This document shows, in pieces, positions 45,077 to 53,857 of a stretch of DNA of 64,000 nt. The stretch's first letter is position 1, and each line of letters begins with the position of its first letter. The DNA is from an uncultured Gammaproteobacteria bacterium (GTDB lineage Bacteria; Patescibacteriota; Patescibacteriia; Patescibacteriales; UBA12075): contig CAYWNT010000004.1 in the NCBI GenBank assembly GCA_964459725.1, positions 57,045 through 121,044 on the forward strand. The letters run 5' to 3'. Below the pieces are notes generated by a model that saw nothing but the letters and a program-made list of their open reading frames with translations, was not told the origin of the DNA and made no database searches. A program made the translations under genes and the position numbers.

Positions 45077-46069
45077 ATGAGTAATTTAATTTTAGGTAAA
45101 GGCAATCTACCAGCAATTCCTGTTCAAATGTTTCCTGTTGTGGGAAATGGTATATCTGAGAAAGATTTAATTTCGCTTTCCAATTTACCCTTTGAACAAA
45201 CTTTAAACCAATTTAGAGACGAACTTTGCGCTGAAAGAAGTCCATTTCGTCGATGTTATTATATCGATGAAAAAAAAGATCGGGTTTCAGTGTATTACGT
45301 TTTGAATTTAAAATCAGGCAAGAAGGTGGCTCTTGGAAGCACGATAAAAGACCTGGATGCAATTAAAGTTTTGATTGGTAATTCAATGTCTGGTGCTTAT
45401 ATGACCTCAATTCGTTGGGAGTTATATGAAGATCCTGATTGTGAAGACTTGATAGATATGGGCAGAATTGATCAATGGGATTTATTGTCAGACATTTCAG
45501 CCGATAAATTATCAAGGCTGTCCGCTGATAGAATTATTGCTCCTAGGGGAGATTGGGATTTTGATCGAATGATGTTTCGTAGGCGATGTCAGGTTTGCGG
45601 AAATGAAACATCAGTTAATAGTTGGGTTTTTAATATTGACAGTGTAGTTTGCTCCGAGTGTAGAAATCGTCCATTTTTAGCCCCACATATTTCGGATCAA
45701 CTTGAGTTTATTCAAGAAAATATGCAAGGAGGCGAAGTTTCTGACAAAAACCTTTTTTATTTATTTGATTGGATTTCTAGTGTTAAAGGAAACTTTAATG
45801 AGATTGGCGACAAAGAAAATGTCTATCTCATTGAAAATATTTTATCAAAAACTATGATTGGTGAAGCGATTGGACATAAACCAGGCCGGGTTCGAAGGTT
45901 GGTTGAAGCAAATTCCAATTTTGGCTTCGGCATGTATCAAAATTGTTGCGCAAAAGCAATTGCTGCTCTGCGTGGGGATGAGCCTTTTAGCGAGGAGCAT
46001 CAGATAGCTCTTGATTTTGTACTTAAAACAACCAAAATGATAAAATCAAAAGCTTTATCAACGAATTAG
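45077..46069 (+). CDS. uncharacterised zinc-ribbon protein, paralogue B
   Basis: GAGGGGG SD. Same core as paralogue A, with CQVC..x17..CSEC; the C-terminal third is divergent. Confidence 0.6.
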   Translation: MSNLILGKGNLPAIPVQMFPVVGNGISEKDLISLSNLPFEQTLNQFRDELCAERSPFRRCYYIDEKKDRVSVYYVLNLKSGKKVALGSTIKDLDAIKVLIGNSMSGAYMTSIRWELYEDPDCEDLIDMGRIDQWDLLSDISADKLSRLSADRIIAPRGDWDFDRMMFRRRCQVCGNETSVNSWVFNIDSVVCSECRNRPFLAPHISDQLEFIQENMQGGEVSDKNLFYLFDWISSVKGNFNEIGDKENVYLIENILSKTMIGEAIGHKPGRVRRLVEANSNFGFGMYQNCCAKAIAALRGDEPFSEEHQIALDFVLKTTKMIKSKALSTN

Positions 46070-46102
46070 AAAATGTGTAAAGCAAGATAGAACAAAAAAT
46101 AA

Positions 46103-46131
46103 AGCCGTGAACTTTCGTTTACGGCTTTTTA
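46103..46131 (+). terminator. intrinsic terminator
   Basis: AGCCGTGAAC TTTC GTTTACGGCT followed by TTTTT. Confidence 0.75.
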
Positions 46132-46312
46132 AATTATAAAAATTTTATTATTTTATATAAATATAGTATAATATAGATAATAACATCGGTTAAATTTTAG
46201 CCGATTTATTTAAGAGAAATTACGAACTGTTATTAAATACAGAAGTAAAGAATTACAAGAATAAAATAATAGAAATGTTCTTGTAATTTTGTGTTTTTAT
46301 ATTTTTTATTGA

Positions 46313-49018
46313 ATGTATATAGAAAAATTAGAAATTCAAGGATTCAAGTCTTTTGCAGATAAGAATGTTCTATCTTTCCCGGGATCATTAAGTGATGCTG
46401 AGCAGGGGCTGACAGCTATAGTTGGACCGAATGGATCAGGTAAATCAAATGTAGCCGATGCGATTAGATGGGTGTTGGGAGAACAGAGTCTCAAGACTAT
46501 TAGGGGGAAAAAGGCGGATGATGTAATATTTTCTGGAACAGAAAAGAGAAAGAAACTGGGCATGGCTGAGGTGGCTTTGTATTTGAATAATGCTGATAAG
46601 CAAGCACCGATTGATTACACCGAACTGGTGATCAAGAGAAGGGTTTATCGAGATGGTAATAGTGAATATTTAATAAATAATAGTAGAGTCAGACTCATAG
46701 ATGTTCAAATGCTTTTGGCCAAGGCTAATGTAGGACAAAAAACATACAGTGTGGTCGGGCAAGGTACAGTAGATAATTTCTTGAACAGCTCATTGGCTGA
46801 CAGGAAAGAGTTTTTTGATGAAGCAACTGGAGTAAAGCAGTATCAGATCAAGAGAGACTCGTCTCTTAACAAGCTTCGTTTGAGCTATGAGAATCTATCT
46901 CAGGCGCAAATGCTTCTCTCGGAAATTGAACCTAGACTAAATAGTCTTACTAGGCAGGTAAAGAAGCTTAGAAAGAGAGGAGAGCTGGAAAAAGAACTAA
47001 AGGAACATCAATTAAAATATTATTATTCTATTTGGCATGAGAATAATAATAAATTTAGAGATTATAATAATAAATTTTTGGTACTTGAAAAGGAAAAACA
47101 TGAAAAGGATAAGAAACTTAGTTTTTTCAATAAAGAGTTGGAGAAGTATGAGGTAAGCAAGGACCAAGAAAGTGAATACGATGTTTTGGAAAGAGATCTT
47201 AGAAAATATCAAGATGAAAAAGAAAACCAAGAAAGACAATTAGCCAGGATCGATGCTCATATCGAGGTGCAGTTGGAGTCAGTAGGTAAATTTGACTTGT
47301 CATTTTTTATTTTAAAAAAGGAAGAACTAACCAAAGACATTAAAAAAATCGATGATGAGCTAGCCAGACTAAAGGAAAGCATCAAGGATGATAAAGAAGA
47401 GGAGATAGATCTGAAAAATAAGAACGAAAAATTAGTTAACGACTTAGAGAAACTAAATAATAAATTATTTGAAACTAAGAAGGAGACAAGTGATAGTGTA
47501 GAACCTGAAATGGAAAAAAAGATAAGAGAGGTAATTGAGAAAATAAAATTGGCTGAAGGAGAAGAGGAGATGCAAAAAATAAAAGAGATAATATCAGCAA
47601 TAAAAACTGAATTAGAAAAATTATTTTTAGAAGAAAAAGAAGAAATACAAGAGAGTGAGAATTGGCAGGGAGTTCACGAGGAAATTAAAAAGCTATCAAA
47701 AGAAAAAGAAGAAATTTCAGGTAGGATAAATGATAATATTTTGCGAATCTCTGCTCGCTCAGAGAGAATAAATCTTTTAGATGAAAAAAATGTTTCTTTA
47801 AGAAAGGAACTGGAAGATATTGAATCAAAAATAAAACAAAATTCAGATGTGATAGACGTAGAAGAGATAACTTCTAAACGAGATAACATGAAAGGAAAAA
47901 TTGCTGAGACTGATGAGATTGTGGCTGACCTGAAGAACAAAATGAGTAGACTAAACAAAGAGGAGGAAAAAAAGAGATCTCATCTTCTAGGACTACAAAA
48001 AAATATTCAGGAACTTCAGATGGAGATTAATAATTTAGTAAATGAGCTAAATGATCTGAAGGTACATGCAGCCAGACATGAAACAAGGCTAGAGGATATT
48101 GAGGTGGAAATTAGAGATGAGCTGGGAGGAATGAGTGATATTAAGGGAGGAGAGCTGGATGTTTCAGGAGTTGATCTGGGAGAAGTCAAAGAAAGCATAG
48201 TAAAAATAAAAAGACAATTAGAGCTCATTGGTGGAATTGATCCAGAGGTTGAGAAAGAATATGGCGAAACTAAAGAGCGTTTTGATTATCTTTCTGGGCA
48301 GGTTACTGATCTGACATCAGCCATTGATTCTTTGGAGAACATTATAAAAGAACTAGATATTACTATTAGAAAAAAGTTTGACAAAGAGTTCAAGGTGATT
48401 GCAGGCAAATTTCAAGAATATTTTAAAATATTATTTGGTGGCGGAACAGCTAAAATTGAAAAGGTTGTAGAGGAGGAAGATCCTTCGACAGGCTCCCTCC
48501 AAGAAGGCGGGCAGGCAGGACAAGGAGAGGAAGAAATGAAGGAAAGTCAGTCAGGGGAAGGTGAAGAAAATTTAAAAGACCCTAAAAAGAAAAACGAAAC
48601 TCATAACATAGTAGATGTAAAAAAGATCAAATTTTTACAAAAGCACAACGCTACCGGTTTAGCAGGAGTTGAGATTTATGCCTGCCCCCCTGGTAAAAAG
48701 ATCACCTCAATAAATGTTTTGTCTGGAGGAGAAAAGGCTCTAACTGCTATAGCCTTGATTTGCGCAATTATCAGAGCTAATCCTGCTCCTTTTGTTGTTT
48801 TGGATGAGGTTGATGCAGCCCTTGATGAAGCAAACTCAGAAAGGTTGGCAAAAATCCTAGAGGATTTATCTCACAGAACTCAATTTATTGTTATAACTCA
48901 TAATAGAGCCTCAATGAAAAAGGCAAGCGTATTATACGGCGTAACCATGGGAGATGATGGAGTCTCAAAACTTTTAAGCGTCAAAATGGGAGAAGCTGTA
49001 GATAAGGCAAGATACTAA
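46313..49018 (+). CDS. smc: SMC-family chromosome segregation ATPase, short form without recognisable hinge
   Basis: 901 aa. N-head FKSF..GPNGSGKSNVADAIRWVLGEQS, QGTVDNF, EATGVKQYQIKR. C-head LSGGEKALTAIAL and VLDEVDAALDEAN. The roughly 520 residues between the heads are continuous E/K-rich coiled coil. Confidence 0.85.
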   Translation: MYIEKLEIQGFKSFADKNVLSFPGSLSDAEQGLTAIVGPNGSGKSNVADAIRWVLGEQSLKTIRGKKADDVIFSGTEKRKKLGMAEVALYLNNADKQAPIDYTELVIKRRVYRDGNSEYLINNSRVRLIDVQMLLAKANVGQKTYSVVGQGTVDNFLNSSLADRKEFFDEATGVKQYQIKRDSSLNKLRLSYENLSQAQMLLSEIEPRLNSLTRQVKKLRKRGELEKELKEHQLKYYYSIWHENNNKFRDYNNKFLVLEKEKHEKDKKLSFFNKELEKYEVSKDQESEYDVLERDLRKYQDEKENQERQLARIDAHIEVQLESVGKFDLSFFILKKEELTKDIKKIDDELARLKESIKDDKEEEIDLKNKNEKLVNDLEKLNNKLFETKKETSDSVEPEMEKKIREVIEKIKLAEGEEEMQKIKEIISAIKTELEKLFLEEKEEIQESENWQGVHEEIKKLSKEKEEISGRINDNILRISARSERINLLDEKNVSLRKELEDIESKIKQNSDVIDVEEITSKRDNMKGKIAETDEIVADLKNKMSRLNKEEEKKRSHLLGLQKNIQELQMEINNLVNELNDLKVHAARHETRLEDIEVEIRDELGGMSDIKGGELDVSGVDLGEVKESIVKIKRQLELIGGIDPEVEKEYGETKERFDYLSGQVTDLTSAIDSLENIIKELDITIRKKFDKEFKVIAGKFQEYFKILFGGGTAKIEKVVEEEDPSTGSLQEGGQAGQGEEEMKESQSGEGEENLKDPKKKNETHNIVDVKKIKFLQKHNATGLAGVEIYACPPGKKITSINVLSGGEKALTAIALICAIIRANPAPFVVLDEVDAALDEANSERLAKILEDLSHRTQFIVITHNRASMKKASVLYGVTMGDDGVSKLLSVKMGEAVDKARY
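48482..48525 (+). repeat. in-frame GC-rich element, long form (SMC C-terminal head insert)
   Basis: CCTTCGACAGGCTCCCTCCAAGAAGGCGGGCAGGCAGGACAAGG, translated PSTGSLQEGGQAGQG. Confidence 0.75.
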
Positions 49019-49021
49019 AGT

Positions 49022-49072
49022 AAGTCGAAAGTCGTCTGCCTACCCGGCAGACAGAAGGTCTATAAAGTCAAA
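49022..49072 (+). repeat. intergenic AAAGTC-word / hairpin element
   Basis: AAGTCGAAAGTC, then hairpin GTCTGCC TACCC GGCAGAC (49034-49052), then AGAAGGTC-TATAAAGTC. Confidence 0.8.
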
Positions 49073-49125
49073 GGTGGGTTAAGTTTTGTTAAAAAAATCA
49101 TCTAATTTTAATTTTTTAAATATTT

Positions 49126-52100
49126 ATGCAATCAATAGAGGATTTAATAAGTGAATCGGCTGGTGGTGATGTAGACGAGGAAAGTAGCCAGGGAAAATTG
49201 GTTAAGAGACAAGCATCCATCAAGGCTAATGAAATAGAAAGGCATACTGAGAGCCAGGCCCAGGCGGCTGGTGTTTCGTATATTAATCTGCATGGATTTC
49301 CTATTAGCCAAGAAGCTCTAGCTTTAATAAAAGAGGAAGAAGCACGCAAACTTAGCTATGTTTGTTTTTTTTACGATGGAGAACATTTAAAGATTGCAAC
49401 TACCGAACTTAGAAATTCTGCGATGCTAGATAGTGTTAATAAGCTGAATGAAAAATTACACACCAAGATATCTATTTATTTGGTTTCCGAGCAGAGCTTG
49501 GGTTATGCATTAAAGCTCTATGCATCCCTGCCTAAATTTAAAAAGATAATTAGAGGAGTGGAAATTGCTGAAGAAGACATAGCAAAGTTTAAAAATAGCA
49601 TAAAAGATTATAAGAGCTTAAATGAAAAGATAAATGAAGTTAATACTACGGATGTGGTTACTTTGATTCTGGCTACTGCCATGAAAACAAATGCTAGTGA
49701 TGTTCACATCGAGGCAGAGGAAGGCGGTATAGTTATTCGACTTCGAATTGACGGAGTTTTGCAGGAAGCTGCTGTGGTTGAAAAAGAAAAATGGAAAAAG
49801 ATTATTTCCAGAATGAAACTTCTCGCCAAGGTAAAAATAAATATTCAAGACAAGCCTCAAGATGGTCGATTTACTATATTTCTAGATAACAACAAGATTG
49901 ATGTCAGAACTTCTTTTTTGCCAACATCTTTTGGCGAGAGTGTGGTGATGAGGTTATTGAGGTCAGACTCGGTAGCACTTGGATTTGATAAGTTGGGAAT
50001 TGCTCAAGGATCGTTTGAAATCCTAGAAAAGGAAATCAAGAAACCAAACGGATTGATACTAACTACAGGACCGACTGGAAGTGGAAAAACAACCACCCTT
50101 TATTCTGTTATAAATAAACTAAATACTGAGGATACCAAGATTATTACCTTGGAAGATCCTATTGAGTATCAGCTCGAGGGTGTAAATCAGAGCCAAATCG
50201 ATGAGAGAAAAGGATATACATTTGCTAAGGGCCTCAGGTCCATTCTAAGGCAAGATCCTGACATAGTCATGGTTGGAGAAATTCGCGATCTGGAAACTGC
50301 TGAAATATCAGTACAAGCTAGTCTCACTGGACATTTGGTGCTTTCTACTCTGCATACAAATGATGCAGCTGGGGTTGTTCCTCGCTTGGTGGACATGGGA
50401 GTAAAGCCTTATTTTCTCACTCCTTCTATAAATGCCATTATTGGTCAGAGATTGGTTAGAAAATTATGCGAGAAGTGTCGTCTGCCTCATGAAGTCACCA
50501 GTGAGGAGGAAGAAACTGTCAGAAAAATATTGGCAGTAATTTCACCAAAGGCAGAAATCGAGATTCCGAGTGATTTAGGAGGATTATATAAAAAAGGTGA
50601 AGGATGTGAGCATTGTAGTGGCATTGGTTATAAAGGGCGAATTGGTATATACGAGATTTTTACCATGAGTGATAATATAAAGGCCTTAACATCAGAAGGA
50701 GCGCCAGCTTTTAAAATACTTGAGCTAGCAATCCAAAACGGAATGATAACCATGCTTCAAGATGGTGTCTTGAAATGCTTGAAGGGTATTACAACGCTAG
50801 AAGAGATATATAGAGTAATTGGAAAGTTTGACTATGTAGACACTCTCTATGATATTGTAATGTCCAAGACAATTGGAAGAGGAATTAAAGTGGGACAGGA
50901 AGAAATAGATAAAGCAAAACAATTAATTAGCGATCTAACAAAAGCAGAGGAAGCTATAAGTAGTACGTCTTCGAAAAAAATGACGGAAATTATTATGGCC
51001 TTGGCTGTTGAGACAAGCACGGGCGATATCCATATCGAGCCAACAGAGGGCGGCGTGAAAGTGAGATTTAGAATTGATGGGATACTGCACGATATAGCTG
51101 ATCTTTCCAAGGATAGTTATATTCAAATTTTATCAAAAATTAAAACAGTAGCAGGTTTTGCCACGAATGTAAAAAAAGCAGTTATGGATGGTAGATTCAG
51201 CATTTTTATTGGAGAGAGAAAAGTGGATTGTCGGTTATCTGTAATTTCTGGTGGGTATGGAGAGACAATTGTGATTAGGATATTATCCAGTGAGGCTTCT
51301 GATTTGAAAATGGAGGAACTGGGAATTAAGTCACAAGCACTAAGCAAGATCCAGAAGGCCCTTTCAAAAACTAAGGGAATTATTATAACCACAGGACCGA
51401 CCGGAAGTGGAAAAACCACCACTCTCTATAGTGCCTTGAATCAGCTCAACAATGAAGACACCAAAATTATCACCATAGAAGATCCGATCGAATATCACTT
51501 GGATGGTATTATGCAAACTCAGATTGATAAAGAAGCAGGGTATACATTTGCTTCAGCAATCAGATCGTTGATGCGTCAGAATCCAAACATAATTATGGTT
51601 GGAGAAATTCGAGATAATGAGACAGCCAAGGTAGCAATTGAAGCAGCTATGACAGGACACCTGGTTCTGTCTACGGTTCATTCCAATAGCGCTGCCGGAG
51701 CAATTTCCAGGCTAGCTGGACTAGGAGTTGAGAGACAGGCCTTAGCAAGCTCGATAGAGTGTGCTATTGGTCAGCGCTTGGTAAGGAAGATTTGTCCGCA
51801 TTGCATAAAAGAAAAAAATATTGAAGATAATCTCTTATCTGAAATTAAAGAAATATTATCGCAGATTAATCCTGCAGCCGCGATTTCTGTTCCTGATGAT
51901 TTGAAATTTTATGAAGGAGCAGGATGTGATAAGTGTAATGGTCTTGGATTTAAGGGTAGATTAGGAATATATGAGGCTATTACCATGACTTCTGATATGC
52001 AGAAGTTAATTCAGAAGCAAGATATAACCAATTTTGACATAGAGCAAAGCGCAATGGAAGCAGGAACAATATTAATGATCCAAGATGGAATCTTGAAAGC

Positions 52101-52149
52101 TCTAGAGGGGCTCACAACCGTAGAGGAGGTATTGAGAGTAGCGAGATAG
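49126..52149 (+). CDS. tandem-fused double GspE/PilB-type secretion ATPase
   Basis: 1007 aa. T2SSE_N-like N-terminus followed by two complete ATPase modules. Each module has Walker A GPTGSGKTTTLYS, Walker B (D/N)P(D/N)I(V/I)MVGEIRD, His box TGHLVLST(L/V)H(T/S)N and a tetracysteine CxxC..CxxC cluster. Confidence 0.88.
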   Translation: MQSIEDLISESAGGDVDEESSQGKLVKRQASIKANEIERHTESQAQAAGVSYINLHGFPISQEALALIKEEEARKLSYVCFFYDGEHLKIATTELRNSAMLDSVNKLNEKLHTKISIYLVSEQSLGYALKLYASLPKFKKIIRGVEIAEEDIAKFKNSIKDYKSLNEKINEVNTTDVVTLILATAMKTNASDVHIEAEEGGIVIRLRIDGVLQEAAVVEKEKWKKIISRMKLLAKVKINIQDKPQDGRFTIFLDNNKIDVRTSFLPTSFGESVVMRLLRSDSVALGFDKLGIAQGSFEILEKEIKKPNGLILTTGPTGSGKTTTLYSVINKLNTEDTKIITLEDPIEYQLEGVNQSQIDERKGYTFAKGLRSILRQDPDIVMVGEIRDLETAEISVQASLTGHLVLSTLHTNDAAGVVPRLVDMGVKPYFLTPSINAIIGQRLVRKLCEKCRLPHEVTSEEEETVRKILAVISPKAEIEIPSDLGGLYKKGEGCEHCSGIGYKGRIGIYEIFTMSDNIKALTSEGAPAFKILELAIQNGMITMLQDGVLKCLKGITTLEEIYRVIGKFDYVDTLYDIVMSKTIGRGIKVGQEEIDKAKQLISDLTKAEEAISSTSSKKMTEIIMALAVETSTGDIHIEPTEGGVKVRFRIDGILHDIADLSKDSYIQILSKIKTVAGFATNVKKAVMDGRFSIFIGERKVDCRLSVISGGYGETIVIRILSSEASDLKMEELGIKSQALSKIQKALSKTKGIIITTGPTGSGKTTTLYSALNQLNNEDTKIITIEDPIEYHLDGIMQTQIDKEAGYTFASAIRSLMRQNPNIIMVGEIRDNETAKVAIEAAMTGHLVLSTVHSNSAAGAISRLAGLGVERQALASSIECAIGQRLVRKICPHCIKEKNIEDNLLSEIKEILSQINPAAAISVPDDLKFYEGAGCDKCNGLGFKGRLGIYEAITMTSDMQKLIQKQDITNFDIEQSAMEAGTILMIQDGILKALEGLTTVEEVLRVAR

Positions 52150-52155
52150 TTGTAG

Positions 52156-52205
52156 GGTCGAAAGTCATAAAGCCTATAAAGTCTCAGCCTATGGCTGGAA
52201 AAGTT
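52156..52205 (+). repeat. intergenic AAAGTC-word / hairpin element
   Basis: GGTCGAAAGTC-ATAAAGCC-TATAAAGTC, then hairpin (T)CAGCC TAT GGCTG(G) (52184-52198), then AAAAGT. Confidence 0.8.
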
Positions 52206-52278
52206 ATATAAAATGTAAAGTTATATTTAATTATTAATTCTTGTCGGTTTGATAGACAGGTTATAATTTATTTTTTCT

Positions 52279-52848
52279 ATGATAAATAAAAAATTTTTAC
52301 AGAAACTAAAAAAAGACCACGTTAATAAAAATAGTGAGAGAAGACAAATTATTTCCCTGGCTAATATTGTGCTTCATGATTCTAAAAGAGCGATTTTTGC
52401 GATTCACAGAGGGGATATCAAAAAAGCAGAAACTAGCCTTTCTGAAATTGAGAAAATTTTGATGAAATTAGAAAAGAAATTTGGATTCAAGAGATTGTTG
52501 GAAGAAGGTTCATATAAGGCGGGAGTGGAAGAATATGTAGAAGCAAAAATGTATTATTTTGTAATTAAGGGGAAGAAAATAGAAAAAATAAAAAAAATCA
52601 GCATAAACTATGATAGCTATTTAGGTGGAATTTGCGACACTACCGGAGAGCTTGTTCGTCGGGCAGTAAATGAAGCAGCCAAAGGAAATATTGCTGAAGT
52701 AGAAAAAATGAAAGGTATTATCAATGATATTATGGCTGAGCTGGTAGAGTTCGATATGGCTGGTTATTTGAGAACAAAGTATGATCAAGCCAGAGGTAAC
52801 TTGAGAAAGATTGAACAAATCAACTACGAAGTTAAGCTAAAAAAATAA
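52279..52848 (+). CDS. translin-family (COG2178-like) predicted nucleic-acid-binding protein
   Basis: 189 aa, all-helical. The Y..G.....EL.RR.....A.G pattern (YLGGICDTTGELVRRAVNEAAKGN) resembles archaeal/bacterial translin-like proteins. Confidence 0.5.
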   Translation: MINKKFLQKLKKDHVNKNSERRQIISLANIVLHDSKRAIFAIHRGDIKKAETSLSEIEKILMKLEKKFGFKRLLEEGSYKAGVEEYVEAKMYYFVIKGKKIEKIKKISINYDSYLGGICDTTGELVRRAVNEAAKGNIAEVEKMKGIINDIMAELVEFDMAGYLRTKYDQARGNLRKIEQINYEVKLKK

Positions 52849-52850
52849 TT

Positions 52851-53849
52851 ATGATAATAATCAAATTATTGATAATTTTGATTGTTTCTCGGTTGTTTAG
52901 TAATTTAACGAAAAGGATGCATTTGTCCAGAGTAATAGGTCTACTTATTGCTGGTATAGTTTTGACTACCGGATTGGTGGGTATTTTTACCATAGAAGGC
53001 AATGAGGCCATTATATCACAATTAGCTCATTTGGGACTGTATTCACTGATGTTTATTTCCGGGTTAGAAATTTCCGGAAATATTTTGTTTAAAGAGGAGA
53101 AACATGCTTTGTTGGTAACTTTTTCCACCATGCTTTCTTCATTTGTGTTCGGGGTGGCAGTAGTGATCATGCTCGGGTTTAGCTTGAAGTCGGCAATTGT
53201 GATGGGCATTTGTTTTGGTGTTACAGCAGAAGCCACCAAGGCTCGGGTGTTGATTCAGTTAAAAAAAATGAATACAAAGTTGGGTGCGTTATTAATGGGA
53301 ACTGGTATCACCAATGATCTTTTGGGCATACTCGCATTTCTAGTTTTAATTTATTTTTTTACTGACAATGTATCTCTGTCCGAGGTGAAGATTCTAAGTC
53401 TTTCAGTTGTCTCATTTTTCTTAGGAATGTTTGCTCATCATCTTTTTGGTAGATTTGAAAAAAGTGTAAAATATGTAGAGAGGGGCTTACTTTTTTTCTT
53501 TGTTCCTTTCTTCTTTGTTGAAATGGGAGTTTACTTTAACGGCGGCTTATCAAAGATAAATTTTTTAGTGCTTTTGGCTGTAATAATTACATCAATAGTC
53601 GGACAAATGCTTGGTGTATTTTTGGTTGGGTCAATTATAAAGCTAAGACCAAGGCAGCAATATTTATTAGGATGGGGAATGAACTCTAAGGGAGCTGTAG
53701 AGCTAGCAATAGCGTCAATTGCTCTAAACATTGGACTTATAAATTATGTTTTATATTCCTCTTTGGTTGTCACTGTTTTGGTTAGCACCTTTTTATTTCA
53801 GATCATAATAATGAGAACAGTAAAGGCAAATCCAGATATAATGAATTAA
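52851..53849 (+). CDS. cation:proton antiporter (Na+/H+ exchanger family), short
   Basis: 332 aa, about 10 TM helices, with GLE(I/F)SG and TNDLLGIL-type motifs. Confidence 0.6.
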   Translation: MIIIKLLIILIVSRLFSNLTKRMHLSRVIGLLIAGIVLTTGLVGIFTIEGNEAIISQLAHLGLYSLMFISGLEISGNILFKEEKHALLVTFSTMLSSFVFGVAVVIMLGFSLKSAIVMGICFGVTAEATKARVLIQLKKMNTKLGALLMGTGITNDLLGILAFLVLIYFFTDNVSLSEVKILSLSVVSFFLGMFAHHLFGRFEKSVKYVERGLLFFFVPFFFVEMGVYFNGGLSKINFLVLLAVIITSIVGQMLGVFLVGSIIKLRPRQQYLLGWGMNSKGAVELAIASIALNIGLINYVLYSSLVVTVLVSTFLFQIIIMRTVKANPDIMN

Positions 53850-53857
53850 TCAATAAA

